NCBI RefSeq assembly: GCF_037042905.1 | Contig: NC_087246.1 | Coordinates: forward strand, 5,148,001-5,212,000 | Direction of reading: 5' to 3' | DNA length: 64,000 nucleotides | DNA from: Lytechinus pictus | Taxonomy: Eukaryota | In this document: positions 26,131-40,430 of the stretch, piece by piece | How positions within the stretch are numbered: position 1 is the stretch's first letter | How the letters are laid out: every line of letters starts with the position of its first letter | Notes under the pieces: generated by a model | Database searches by the model: none | Told to the model about the DNA's origin: nothing | The model's input: only the letters and a program-made list of their open reading frames with translations | Made by a program: the position numbers and the translations under genes

Positions 26131-27079
26131 ACAAGTGGAATGCCTCTGGCCGTCTCACCTGCATCACGCGATTCAATATAGCAGCAGTGCTGATTTTGAA
26201 AACTACTATAACTCGCACAAGATGTTCAGTGATACTTGGTTACTCTTATTTCCACGTTTTATGAACTAGACCAATACACTTATAGAGATATGATGGCAAT
26301 TCAACAAATACCCCCAACGTGGCCAAAGTTCTTTGACCTTACATGACCTTTGACCTTGATCATGTGACCTGAAACTCGCACAGGATGTTCAGTGATACTT
26401 GATTACTATTATGTCCAAGTTTTATGAACTAGACCAACACACTTTCAAATTTTATTCAACAAATACCCCAATTTGGCCAAAGTTCATTGACCCTAAATGA
26501 CCTTTGACCTTGATCATGTGACCTGAAACTTGCACAGGATGTTCAGTAATACTTGATAACTATTATGTCCAAGTTTCATGAATCAGATCCATAAACTTTC
26601 AAAGTTATGATGGTAATTCAACAGATACCCCCAATTCGGCCAAAGTTCATTGACCCTAAATGACCTTTGACCTTGGTCATGTGACGTGAAACTCATGCAG
26701 GATGTTCAGTGATACTTGATTAACCTTATGTATAAGTTTCATGAACTAGGTCCATATATTTTCTAAGTTATGATGACATTTCAAAAACTTAACCTTAGGT
26801 TAAGATTTTGATGTTGATTCCCCCAACATGGTCTAAGTTCATTGACCCTAAATGACCTTTGACCTTGGTCATGTGACATGAAACTCAGGCAGGATGTTCA
26901 GTAATACTTGATTAACCTTATGGCCAAGTTTCATGAACTAGGTCCATATACTTTCTAAGTTATGCTGTCATTTCAAAAACTTAACCTCAGGTTAAGATTT
27001 GGTGTTGACGCCGCCGTCGCCGTCGCCGTCGGAAAAGCGGCGCCTATAGTCTCACTCTGCTATGCAGGTGAGACAAAAA
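26131..27079 (+). mobile_element. HINE-like element family 2 (siblings ~41795-42218, ~49666-50762, and 53707-54086 on the minus strand)
   Basis: acaagtggaa start; subterminal inverted repeat gtctcacctgcat / atgcaggtgagac; ~180-bp core repeats (tgacctttgaccttg...catgtgacctgaaact); (gccgtc)n; 3' hairpin plus A-run. Confidence 0.7.
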
Positions 27080-27306
27080 TAGGTTTAAAGAAGGGGAGGC
27101 ATGATGGTTGCTTGAAATATTCCAAAATGTAACAGCTGCTTAATTTGATAATGTTGACAACAAACTTGATGCATTATTTAAACAAATCATTCATTTTTTT
27201 GTCGGAAATAACTGAAAGATCCTCTGCCCTGAGTTGTAAATCATGACATGTTCATCAAATTGTTCAAAAGAGCATTAAAAAAATTAATGTATAAGGTACA
27301 GTCCTG

Positions 27307-30300
27307 TCAAGATTGGCCTTCAGTTGTTTCAGTGATACCCGGATGTACTTCACTTACAACCATTTCTTGAGGGACCTCAATCTCTGCTGCATCAACAAAC
27401 ATATGCAAGAAGATCGGCTCTGGACCAACCTCAATGTTGCTCATCTTCACACAATCTCCATCCACTCTCATCCTCTTTACACTCCCTTCTTCAAAGTCCT
27501 CCATCACCTGTTGATCCTCCTTTGACTCCTGTCCCTCCACAATCACATGTGATTGCTGCTCCTGTGTCTCCTCCACTTGCTTGGCTATCTCCTGGCTGTT
27601 CTCTTCAAGGAGATTGGCATACTTCTCCTCTGTAGTTTCCAAGCAAGCCGCAAGGTGTGCAAGGTCATGCTGGCTTATTGTTTCTTGTTGGGCAATGTTC
27701 GTGAGTCTCTGCAATGACTGAAGACAACGTTCTCTTAAGGTTTCTGCATCATTATGGTCATCATCATCATTATCATCATCATCATTATCATCACTGGGAG
27801 TATTATCTGATGGTTGAGAAGATGATTCAGGGAAGAGTGCTTGGGCCCACATCTGTGAGTGAAGAATACAGTGAAGGGTTTCAAACTTTGTTCTATGCAA
27901 GTGCTATTCATTCACTTTAATATCCAATGAATGTTTCCAGTGAATAGTATGGAAACATTACACACAGTAAAACACTTTCAGATGGGCTGTTTTCCCAGAC
28001 CCTATTGCATGAAAGTTTTTAAAGGAGAATGAAACCCTTGAAACCAGCTGAATCCATATCAAAGAGAAAAATCAAAGAAACATATTGTTGAAAGTTTGAG
28101 GAAGATTGAATGAATAATAAGAAAGTTATGAGCATTTGAATATTGAGATCACTAATGCCATGTAGTTCCTCCCATTTGCAATGCGACCAAGATCTGTGAT
28201 GTCACACACGTACAACTCCCTCATTACTTTAGTACTTATTTCACTTATATTCTCACTTTTATAGAGTCTATCACAAGGTGAGGTGTTCTCTTTATGAGAG
28301 GACAAGTACAGAGGTTTCACAGCATTATATCATTGATGAATCGTTTGTCATATGATTAGAATGATCAAAAAGAGATGTTTTGGGGTATTTTCATTGTCCA
28401 AAAGGGGAGAGTTGTTCATCTGTGACATCATAGATCTTGGTCGCATTGCCAATGGGAGGATCTCCATAGCATTAGTGATCTCGACATTCAAATGCTCATA
28501 ACTCTTCTATTGCTAGTCCTATTTTACTCAAACTTTTGTTGATCTTATTCTTTGATTTTTCTGCTTTCACTAACGCTAACTTGCTCCAAAAGTTTCACTC
28601 TCCTTTAATATTATCATAGTATTAGTAACTAAAATCCTATTTTAATTTGCTCATGAGCATTATTATCATGATGGTATACCACTGGATAACAAAGTTAACA
28701 TTGACGAAGACGGAATATCACAATGAAAGCTTATTAAAAACAGGTAAATATTTCCAGATTGTGGAAAAAAATTCAAATAAAAATTTACCATAGTAAATTT
28801 CATACCCAAATTTCAGTAAAAAAAAAAAAAAAAAACTCAGATGGTAAAGTAGTTCAAAACAAATCAATAGACTATTCCTTTTTGGGAAGCTCATATCCTT
28901 TCAAAGGTCACTGGTTCCAGGTTGCTAACCAACAAGAATTCATGTGCTTTCTTACCAGCAATGTAAATCAAAGCCTTAACCACTAATAAACTTACAGAGG
29001 AATGTGGTAGCCATCGACTCCCAAACCATTTGCGTAGTCCCTCGTCTTCTTTCCAGTAAGTGCTACCTTGAAGTTTGTCTAAGAGCTTGTTGTGTATATC
29101 TTTTGTGCTGGCATTTGACATAGCTTCAAATAAAGACATGAGGGCGCTCTTGCTACTGATGTCTAAATTACTTGCCTCTGTAATCCACTTCTGCCATGCA
29201 TACATGCGATGGTAGTCACAAAGAAGAACAGGTACTCCTAAAAGTTAGAATCAAATAATGATGATTCTTCAGAAACAATGCAAAAGCTTTTGACCAATTG
29301 ATTTTACACATTTTTTTAAATTCCAGGGGCAGTATTCAGTTAAAAGTACAGATGAAATATTTTACTCAGCATTGTATTGAGCTAAGCAAAATGTTAATAT
29401 TTGTATTCAGATCACTTCAAAGTATTTTACTTTATCAACCCAAATTTATGCAAAATACTTACTAATTACCATTGTGACATCATAAAGTCTACGCCAAATT
29501 ATGCACAATGTTTGTATCCAGCTGCATGCAATTATATATGCCTGCATGTATACATTTGTAAACTGCATGCTAGCCATACTTAAGCCAGGTAGGGGGCTGA
29601 CTTAGATTTAAGCAAAATACTTCACCAAAAATTAGAACTGAGTAGCAAAGATGATTAGGTAGTTTACCTAATCAGAAGACTTTGTAAAATGCTCTAAATT
29701 CGGCCTAAGTATCGCATTGAGTACTGGCCAAGATGCTTCCAAATCAATTAATTTAGACCAAACATATTCTAATTTCAAAGATGATCTGTCTTGTGCATCT
29801 GTCATTGAATTTTACAAAAATTATTTCTTTTCAAAGAATACATAAATGCTTTGTCACTTACTCAAACAAACCAATAAATTTGAGGTTTTGAATCATTATA
29901 TCTCACATATTTTCACTTTTCTAATTCATGATTATATCACATAATCTTATGATGGTATCTTGAATTAAACATTTGAAACCTAGAATTCGGGGACAATATT
30001 AATAATAATAATAGCTATTTTTTATATAGCGCTTTTCCCATAATGGCCCAAAGCGCTTTACAGCATATTATTACCCTGGTCATCGGATCCTTGCATGCCC
30101 GCATACAATATATGCACCTTCTCCACTCCCAGGGGAGCATTCCAACAAGAATTCCAAGACTCAATTGCTAGGCATACTACATAAACTTTCGCATTCTACT
30201 GGGTACCCATTTAGCACCTGGGTCGAGAGTGGCAAAGTGTGGATTAATGCCTTGCCAAAGGACGCTAGACTGCGTTGGGATTCAAACACACGACCCTCTC

Positions 30301-33300
30301 GTTTTCAAGGCGAGAGTCAGAACCACTACACCACGGCTCTTCCACAGAATCAATATTGAAGTATTGATAATATTTTATATAGCTGGTCAGCCAAATTATG
30401 GTAGATGATTGATCTTTTCTACTCACCTTTAAATGCCTTTTTGATGCCTTCTATGTCCTCCTCTTCATATTCAGTGTTAAAGCTGAGAGGCTTCCATGTT
30501 GGGTTCCATGACTTCAATATCCTCAAGGCTTCTTGCATCAGTCTAAAAGATTTCTCCTGCAGAATGATTGATCCTACAATCTGGGGAATATCATCTGCTT
30601 GAACAGAGATAAGGATGAGCGGAAAAGACCCTCTGTTGAAAGAAAGCATTAAAAAAGTGTAAACACTACACAAATAACAAATGACTGTAAACTAGATGAG
30701 ATGTGATGAGAAAGAAATATGAGAAAGGGAAAATGAATTCTGTCTATCTACAGCTGCTTCCCTGCATGTCCAAGGAATTGAGTGAGACGATTTAAAGGCT
30801 CTTAACCTTTGAGAGGTTACATATATTTGGCAGGCTAATTTAATACATCAAATATTGTTAAAAATCAATCAAATTGGATATCTTGGAACACTTAATCCAA
30901 ATTGTTGATGATATCAGGGCCCTGTAACAGAAAATATAGAATCAATTGAACAATAAATTTCAGTTGTACTGTAAGTTTACGGCAAACCATGTTAAAAAAT
31001 AAATATCATATGTACCATGATCCCAGTCTCGCATCCGTCCAGCTATAATAAAAAAAGTTTAATGGCCCCAAGATCATCCACAGTTTTGTATCTCAAAATC
31101 CCTTTTTTTTAAACGAATCTCTGAATAATCGACTATCAGCTATCTATCTTTCAAATGAAATTATTTTGCTATTCCAAAGCAATGCAGTCATATTTCTTGT
31201 AGTGTTACGGCTTGTTTTGTACATTTACTATTTTTGCAATAGGTTTTCTGAGCTCGCCTTTGACTTACCTCTCCCCCTTTAATAGCAGTATTTTCATATC
31301 ATATAGTATATGAGCTTGGGAAAGATGCATGGGGCAATTCTGTATTATAATCAAAACTTTTTTTTGCATGTCTGAGCCCGGCTATCAAATCTCAACTGTA
31401 TGGAAATCCATCCCTACCATAATTTTTTTTCTACAGGAAATTACATGTAGCTCAATCTCCTTAGTAAACAAAGAGAATCACATTGAATCTTCAAGAGAAA
31501 GATTAATGTATGAATATACAGCATACCTATAATTTTTTTGAACAAATCTGCATTTTAGATGTTGATGTTGCTGGCCGTCCGTAGTTGGATCAATCACAAC
31601 TCTTTGATCTCCATTTTTCTCCATTTAAACTTCACTGAATGAAGTGCTCAAGCACAATCATTTAAGTGTTGACAACTCAATATATGAACAAGAAAGGAAG
31701 GAAAGTTTCTCATACAGGGGGTTGGGCATACATAGTTTATGGAATGAAGTGCAATGTACCATGGATAGGATCCATGATTGTACTTACTGAGTAGTTTTAC
31801 ATGTAGAATCAAGGAAGTATTTTCCAGTGGGGTAGTTTGCTATTATTTGTTGTTGCTCTCTTGTTTGATGAACAAGCAGTAAAGAATCCTAGAAACAAAC
31901 AAGATTGAAATCTAAATAAAAAACACAATAAAGGAAATTTTAATTTCAGCAGATCAATTCTGATTGAGTAGTATGTGCTCTACACTGTTTCATAAATTGA
32001 AGTTAGACTAACCTTTTTTCTGCCTATTTAAGCTTTTGAATTACAAAAGTGGTGTCCAACCTTGCTTATAGATACATATCTGTAATTTTACATTGCTGAG
32101 TGAAAATCTAGTGGATTCTGGGTAAACACCCAAAAGACTTTTATTGTGATAAATCTGCAATGTGAAAGGCTTGTGCCGCATTGTCTCATGACATGACCTT
32201 TTTCTCTCACGTCTCCGAGCAACTTTTGAGACAAAATTGGCTATGCCTGAGTACATGATTTCAAAATCAGGCAGCATTATGTAAGCGCATGTCAGAACCT
32301 AAATTGCTCAAAAACCTGATTACATGTACAAATGCAAATTCTGTTTCTACTCCAAAATCATACTTTTACCATTACTGCTTAAATTCAATTAATTTCATGT
32401 TGTTTGTGATCGGAAAAGTACTGCAGACAAATCCCATTGAAAAAAAAACACAATAAAAACAAACAGTTGAAAAACAAAGAGATTTATAAGGAATTAAAAA
32501 AAAATACAGTACAAAAGAAAACATTTGATACCAGTTATTTTATGATGTGCATTTGATTAGAATCCAACAAAGAGTCTCTAGAAAAAAGTTGCACTTCACA
32601 GGCTTTGTTTATATATTTACAGCCAAATTCTAAGTTCATGCAAACATTAGCATAGTCGATTAATTGAAAATAAATTTGAAGAATTTTGGAACAATAAAAT
32701 TTGCTATTTCGTAGGTTATGTCATGAGTGATGCACATGTTGATTTACGTTACAATCACAGAATCATCAGCCAAAATCTTTAGGGGCCCTTTGATCAAGTC
32801 AACCTAAAGAAAAGGCAGAATTAGCATCTGAATATAAAGGCTTAAAAATGAATGCTAGTTGTGGTTAACAATTTTAAAATTAGTTCATATAGAATCCAAT
32901 TAAATGACCAACCAAGCGATTTATGCATAAATGAAAAATATGCGCCAGAAAATTCTGGAAGAAATTGCGCAATTTCTTAAAAATTAGCAAACAGGCATGA
33001 AGTTCAAGCATGATGTCAAGTTTTTTTCCAAGCAATATCAACGCCCCCTCACTGCCCTACGAAAAACAGCATTTTGCTGATAGGGTGTTCCATCCCACGA
33101 GTGGTAAATAAATAAATAAAAAAACAATGTCCCATACTTACGTTGGTAATCTTCAGTGTGATTGTTTTTCATCTTAGATTTCATGATTTCACAAGTTTGA
33201 TTAATGTATCAGTACCAGACCTAGATCTATCATGATATAATGACACTTAAGTTTGGCTTTACAGACTCATGAAATGAGTGTTTACTGCAACTTCTCTCAT

Positions 33301-36300
33301 TTATCTCTAAGCCCGCATTTAGAAGAATCCATATGTAGTATTACTTTAGCATGATTCCGATATACAGGACAATCAATTTGATTCTGTCTCCAATATGAAT
33401 TTGATGTGCGTTGATAATTTTCACTTTTGTAAAGTGTAAATTTCGCTCTTGTCATTTTTTTCATCGCACAGTAATAATACTGATCTCAAGCATGATTTAA
33501 TTCTGATAACCAACCTTAAAAGACTGCATCCTGAAGAAGATATTGTGGTCTTCATGATTCAAACGAAGTTGAGCTATATGATCCTCTAAATCCTTTGGCT
33601 CAAGCTTGGAGTAAGTATGGATCACCATTGCTGCTTCAACATGGTACCTTGACATACACACACACAAAAAAAAAAACACATTTGATATACTATGCTCAGG
33701 TAACAATATTGCTTCTTGCACCATCTTTTCAGTAAAAAGACACACTGATATTTATTATATTTCATGTGGGTATTTGTATCTGGTCATTCTTTGATATGGA
33801 TATGCTTTTCTCTTCCTCATATTTGGTGTGGGATTCTTATCGGATGACGATATTCTTTCATCTTGCATTACCTATTCTAAGTTCTCTCACTATTCCACAT
33901 AAGTTATTCATAAAGCAATAAAGATATTCATTTTTGATATCTCCAAACAAGCACAAATTCAATTCTTTCCAAAGTACAAGATAAAACGATAAATAATAGG
34001 ACATATTACCAAGATATCATCATCAAGGCATAAAGTGTGATGTGGGCATTAGTAAACCTGTGCCTGACTGTCTTGTGTCTACAGCAATAAAGAGCTTAAA
34101 ATATTGACCAAACTCTTCAGCTAGAATCACATGTTCTTTCAGACATGAACCTCTTCTTCACAATCTAACTATATACAGTCCGACCTGTCTTATCCGGACA
34201 CGTTTGGACCAGCACCAATCCAAATAAGGGATTTATCCGGATCTGGGAGAAACAATATTCAATACACGCAGCTGCTTCCCCAATGGTAGCTACATGTAAT
34301 CTATTGTAGTGGGCATACACAGACAATATTCACTGCAGTGTCAGTGCAAATTATAGGCAGTTTGTTTACGAAAATGAAATCGATTGGTTGCCAAATTTCT
34401 TGGATAATTCACCTGCTGAAATGTTTAAGGTATACATCGAGCATACCTCGAAAGAAAGAGAATGACTCAATGAAACTAACTTAGGAAATCAAATCATCCG
34501 GTGAGCATCCCAGCTTCGCAAAGTCAGGCTCAAACTTGATAGATGGTGCTGTCCGTATCGAGGACTAGTGCTATCTCGCGAGACATGTTTGTTTTTTTTC
34601 CGAGAAAAAAGATGTAATGAAATGGTTGCATAGTGCCCTAATTTCGTGGAAAATAATCCTGTCTAAGTTCTTTCAGTGATTAGGGTAGATATTTTCATAA
34701 AAAATAATGTGGTTGTAGGTAGACTATATTGGAAAATGTATGTAATCAAAGTTGAGTTTGCGTTGGAATTTTGAGTTTAGACTGAAATCTCATTTCCTCC
34801 CGGCATTTCCTGACGTACTAGATTGGAAAAAAAATTATTGGCAAGTGTACTTCCGGATAAGAGAGGTCGGACTGTACTTACCGGATGTCTGCATCATCAG
34901 GACACGACAGCCTGCTGTGAACATGGGTGCTATCTATCCCTGTGTCTGCAGCATCCTGAATACTGAGCCTGATCTGTTGACTGATCTCATCAGCATTGGT
35001 CATTCCTTCCTCTACAAGATGATCTATAAGACATAAGACTCTCTCATCCACATGCTGCTTGGAAGAACATACCTGCAGGTTCAAAGGGCAAATACAAATA
35101 GTTTAAATAGCTTGGTTAGATACATTTATAATTGCATCAACACGGAAGTAGTAAAGGATATTACCAAATTGTTCCCCAGCTCTGTAACCTCCTAACAATT
35201 ATTATAGTTAAAATAAACTTTGTAGAAATATTATATATTAGTTATCAATATCATCAACTGTTTCAGTGACTATTGAAAATATCATCAACCTTTTTCAGTG
35301 ACTCTGAAAAGAAGCAAAATTTTAAAGGAAGTCACAAATGTTTTGGCTTGTCCAAAAATCAAAATTTCTGTCACTTTATCTAACAAGATTCATGGGGCAG
35401 AACAAAGCTCTAGATAACCTTAAACAACAAAAGGAAGATGTCAAAGAGAGTTTGGTTTTCATCAAGGATATTACTTTCAAATGACTGTGACTTACTATTT
35501 TATGCCCATTAGGCACTCCTAAAATGTCAGCATATTGACTTTGCTATTATTCTGTTCATGGATATGGAATCTTTCATCTTCATGAAAGACGTTTTGGCAA
35601 ATTCAATCTAGAGTGAATAATGTGGACCCTTACAAGTAACCACATTTTATCTAAATGTCAATGAAAATTGAGAATCTACAAATTTGTTTACTGGTATCTC
35701 AGCCTGGCACAAAAAATAACAAGGCACAATTATCTATTACAATGGCAGGAGATAGTCATTCTTACCTGACTTCTGAGTTCATGACCTTTATGTTCACTGT
35801 CTGAAGGAAAGTAGATATATATTCTCCTTTCTCCTCTAACTGCTCCTTTTGCTATAGCTGTATTTATATTATCAGCTCCTTTGTTCCTATTATAGCGTGT
35901 ATCTGTGTCAATCTAATAGTAAATAAAGATCAATGCTTCATATGGGAATGTTTACTCATAAAATAATTGAAAAAATAATTAAATTGAACAACATATTAAA
36001 GATTAATATCTGAACACTGACAAAATATAGGAGAGTCAGTACTCAAAGCTTATTTTCTTGTGGTTCATTCACTTCACAAGTGAACAATGAAAGCAATTGG
36101 CATATTTACATGAGATTCAAATTCTTGGTCCCTTTAATTTGTTATTCCACCCTTCATAAGTTTTAAAAATAAGATAGATGCCACACTGACTAGATCAAAT
36201 TTTTTATCTAAATATGTTCAAATGGACAGGGGTTGCCAGATTGACCCCATACTCCCTTAATTGACCTTACCCCCTCCCTGCAATTTGTCAAATTCCTAAT

Positions 36301-39205
36301 GAACCCTCTATTAAGCTTTATACACCAGCGAAAATTTCCTTAACCCCATACTATAGGTGGGGCTAAATTGCCATTTATGCCCACCTATTGGGTCAAGCTT
36401 AGCCCACTTTCTTTTAACATAACATTTTCGCAAAGTGGGTTAACCTCACCTATAGTACAGGATTATTTGGCCCTGCAAAATTGCAGGGTTAGCTGAGCAA
36501 TAGCAGTGCTAAGAACAATAGTCCGGGGTTAAGATTGCTACTGTAAAAAGAAATCCGGCCAAGTCAAGGACAGTGCTCGATGTATGCCTTAGGGGCAATG
36601 GAGCCAGCACTGTTGTCCAATCATAGATAAACATTTATGAATGGCTACCATTAGTCAGGGGTTACTAAATTATATCTAAGATAAGCAAGCATTTCCTGAG
36701 TCAAGGTTGGCAGAAAATTAGGCATATGTGTGAAAAGGAAAAAAAATTAAGTACAGGGTTAGCGATAGTACGTGGTTAAGAAAATTCAGTGTAAAAAGTG
36801 GATATCTCCTCCAGTCAAAATTGGTGGCTTGAATACCTGAAAGTCAGGGAACTTCATAATTTCTTTCATGCGTATCTTGGCAGGGCAGTTCCTTTTCTTT
36901 CCTTTTTCCGTCTCAGTGACAGGTTTCTTCTTTTTGTTACCTCCTGCATTATTCTACATCAAATCAGAAAAAAATATGATAGATAATGGCAAATAATATT
37001 AGTGAATGATTAAACATTTTTCTATAGGCATACCAACCAGAACCTTTTATACAGCCCAACATCGAGTTCTCACCTACCATTATCTGGTCAGTGTCATTAC
37101 CCATAATGCAACATTATGAGCAGTGTAGTCTTGAAATATAGACCCACCTGAATCACAACACACTAATTCACTACTCAATTTAGTAATATTACTATTACAG
37201 ATACTTTCCCTCTCTGAAATATTTTAGTTTAGATCTCTACACAAATTACATAGTAGGCTAATTTTCTTTCTGTATTATTACTAGCTGTAGTTATCTCAAA
37301 ATATATTTTAAACAACTATTTATTCATAGGACACAGTCAATGAGAGACTGCACACATTGTTGGTCAGCTCGCTCCACGTTTAAGACAAAAGGATCCAAGT
37401 CAATGTGCAGTGAGAACACCCTTTTGGCATAAACAATGATGATAAATGTATTCTGATCATTCTACATTCACAAATATTACTAGAAGCTTAGAGAGAAGAG
37501 AGCAACAAGATGCAGTTCATACATCAACTTTGCTCTTTGTTATCTAAAAAGTCACAAAGGGTCATCAGCTAATTGCAGTGTTAAGTTAAAAGCCCATCTA
37601 TTTACCTCTTGATGATGCTGATTTCCTCTCAAAGCCTTTTTCTTTAGCTTATGATCAACACCATACTCGCACTCATAGACATTCTTGTCTAAAATAATGT
37701 ATGGAACACCGTCGTATGGGATGGCACCACCAGCTACATATTCAATGGCCTCAGCCCACTTGAACTTCTTCCTCTTTCCTTTCAATATATCTGTTAATTT
37801 GCAAGAAAATAGTTTTGAAATTTACAATATGATTTCTCTATTGGCTTTATAAATTCATGACCATGATTGTAATATAATATTTTCAATAAACAAATGAAAC
37901 TTTTGCAAGTTTTCTACCTAAGGGAGAACTAAAAGTAAAAAGGGCACCTGGTATATTTCAGTATACAGACTCTAAAATTTTAATAGCAGTCCCAACACTT
38001 TTGAACTTGCTTTATCTATTTTTATTCCTAATGTTAGTATCAATTCCAGTGTAAGTAAAAATTGTGGTATTAACCTTTCTGGTTCATAAATTGATCAAAT
38101 AGCTAGTTAACTGAGATTTTACATATATATATTTTATTGACCAAAGTTGTATAAGAACGTGAATTCAATTATCCTATGTTTTATTTTATGTTGTATCAGT
38201 AATTTCTACCCATAAAATTAATTTTCTAATTCTTGAAAATACTGTTTTAATTTCCTTAAATTTATAAATAAATACACGTTTGTTATGCTCTTACTCTGTA
38301 AAGCGCATAGTGAGATGCTTGTGTATTGTACAATTTCTACTTTACAGCTGGTTGCACGCAAGCAAATGGGAGGCTGAATGTATGCGCTTCATAAATCAAT
38401 CTTGATAGTTTTATTAGTATTATTATCTTCATTACCATCATCTCATTACTTTTGTTATGATAAAGTTTTTATTTTCATGTAATAATAATATAATAATAAA
38501 TGTGATTTGCAATGCGCCAAATCCACTCTGCAGAGTGCCCAAGGCACAGTGAAAGACAAAGAGAGAGAGAGAGAGAGAGAGAACAGTACAAATACAAAGA
38601 TAAATTAAGAAACAATTAATATGGGAAGCATTGAACAGATGCGTCTTAAGGTAGTGTTTAAATGTGTCAATGAAAGTATGAAGAAAGAAAAATGTAAATA
38701 TGATGTAAATATGAAGAAAGAAAAATAAATAATGTACATTCCATGATCAGTTATACTAGATCCTACAATACAAAGACCATCAGATTGACAAGGATTATAT
38801 CCTACAATACAAAGACCATCAGATTGACAAGGATTATATTGTAGAAGAAAACATGTAATTATAATTTCTAAGAAGTCATAAAAATAATCACAGATAAGTT
38901 AATTGAAGGAAGTAGGCCTACATTAAAAGAAGGACTGCAGACACAAGTATAGGGGTCAGACATGCTGCTGGAATCAATTTCATATGAAAATCAATTAGTA
39001 ACTGCAACAAATTCAGAATAATACCCTAAATTTTACCCGTCTTTCCAAAAGTTGTTGAGGTTCTCCATGCGGGGAATCGAAGTGCTTTCTGTACCTCAAA
39101 GAACTCTTTCATTGCTTTAGCATCCTCCCATGTTCCAACATAGCCATAGCCTGGAGAAAGCTCTGTATCAAAGTGAGGCACAGATGGACCCTCTAATATA
39201 GACAT
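27307..39205 (-). CDS. CaRF(ALS2CR8)-like / MULE transposase-derived protein, ~678 aa, intact, probably catalytically inactive (domesticated)
   Basis: Ten GT-AG exons with consistent phase: 39205-39037 (ATG at 39205), 37790-37606, 36953-36837, 35912-35766, 35072-34882, 33647-33515, 31888-31788, 30632-30427, 29237-28996, 27852-27307; 2037 nt with no internal stop. CaRF-like motifs: IPYDGVPY..YECEYG, CPAKIRMKEIMKFPDF, HVDERV..LVEEG. MULE core: LLVHQT..FLDSTCKTT, EALRILKSWNPTWKP, LCDYHRMYAWQKW, W..MWAQA, followed by an acidic tail. Confidence 0.88.
28023..28604. mobile_element. TTAA-flanked MITE, copy 2 (same family as 1107-1689)
   Basis: TTAA|aggagaatgaaac ... gtttcactctcct|TTAA; high identity to copy 1. 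Confidence 0.8.
30001..30340 (-). mobile_element. tRNA-derived SINE
   Basis: The minus strand begins gccgtggtgtagtggtt (A box) ... gtttgaatccc (B box), has an aaatgggtacc core, and ends in a (tat)n tail. Confidence 0.7.
34176..34874. mobile_element. pogo/Tigger-like MITE abutting a splice donor
   Basis: TA|cagtccgacctgtcttatccgga ... tccggataagagaggtcggactg|TA (22/23-bp TIR match). Confidence 0.8.
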
Positions 39206-39968
39206 CTCAGAAGCTTTTTATTTCCTGTATAGGGGATAGAAAGACAGAGTGAAAGAGAATAGTAAAAGAAAGACAAAATGAAAGAGAAAATGATGGAAAA
39301 AGAGAAAAGAAAATCAGCAGTATTGAAAATTACTGTATAAAGATGAGAATATATGTGAGGACATGTCTGTTCCCCCAAACTGTTTAACATTTAAGCAGGA
39401 AGAACTCCTCCTACATAATTATACATGTATATTACAAACACAGAGGACTAATTGTCAATGAATATCATCAGCTGAGAGTATACAATGTACTATGTAGTAA
39501 TGTACATAGTGTATGATCTTTGACTACAACTTGTTTATCTCAACTGCCTGAACATTGGTGAACGGTATGAAATCATGTGTCTACAAACTCATTTTTGAAA
39601 TATAAATGTTTATATGTTTAATTTCCTGGAATTTCCCAAATTTATATATGAACACTGATAATGTTTTTAATTCCACAACTTAAGTTTCTGGATTGTGTCA
39701 GCCATTCAAACTTTAACAAGCAATTATTGCATTTATGATCTGTTTCTCATTTGTGTGATTTGTGAGTTCAGTTTTCATTTGTACTGCTCACTTCACTTGC
39801 ATCAGCAAACTGCCTCAAAATGGTATTGAAAGCAAAGGCAGCTGCAGAAGCTGTAACCTTTCAGTAAAGGGAAATCAATAAACATTTATTCATGCTTATA
39901 TCATACCTAGATGTACTTGAGAAAACTAATATGGATAAATGGAACAAATCGAGCAAAATGAAGGATAG

Positions 39969-40430
39969 TTGCGAGTGCTCAAAGCATCATTAAAAGTTTG
40001 GGAGGTGGAGAATAATCCTTTGAATGATATTCTTGATAACCAATCAACATACATTAACAACTTGAAAAGAGTGATGAATGAAGTGGAACAATATTCTCTT
40101 CACAATTACTTGAAGTTTTTCGCAGTCAAAGAGAATGAGTCTGAAATACAGATGATGCCATATATGTAAGATTGCAAGCAAGCAATTCGGTGAGGCTCTG
40201 AGGAATGCCAGCATGAACAGAAAAGAAACCGCGCCAAGAAACCTCACTTCATCCATTTTCATTATTAAATTCTGCATGTATCTGGTATGCAGTGCAGTGA
40301 TATACGAGCTTGACAATGCTGAGAGGAACAGGCATTGCTATAGATGAAGTACTTCTGAGGGTTGCAAAAGGTCACAAAAAAGACAAGGATGCATGGTCTT
40401 AGGACTGGAAAATGATAGCCCTGGTACCAG
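39969..40430 (+). mobile_element. Degraded non-LTR ORF1 remnant
   Basis: EVEQYSLHNYLKFFAVKENESE resembles the LEQYSRRNN ORF1 motif; the frame is broken. Confidence 0.4.

Noticed and set aside
27853..27900. ORF-track start of the 197-aa ORF
   Set aside because: This part is intronic; the acceptor at 27853 joins RWLPHSS to MWAQA in frame.
30270..30340. tRNA gene
   Set aside because: The A/B boxes continue into a SINE body and simple-repeat tail, and I could not fold a complete cloverleaf.
24950..39205. Convergent minus-strand gene as RAG2-like (ProtoRAG tail-to-tail layout)
   Set aside because: It has no kelch repeats or PHD finger; its exons match CaRF/MULE motifs instead.
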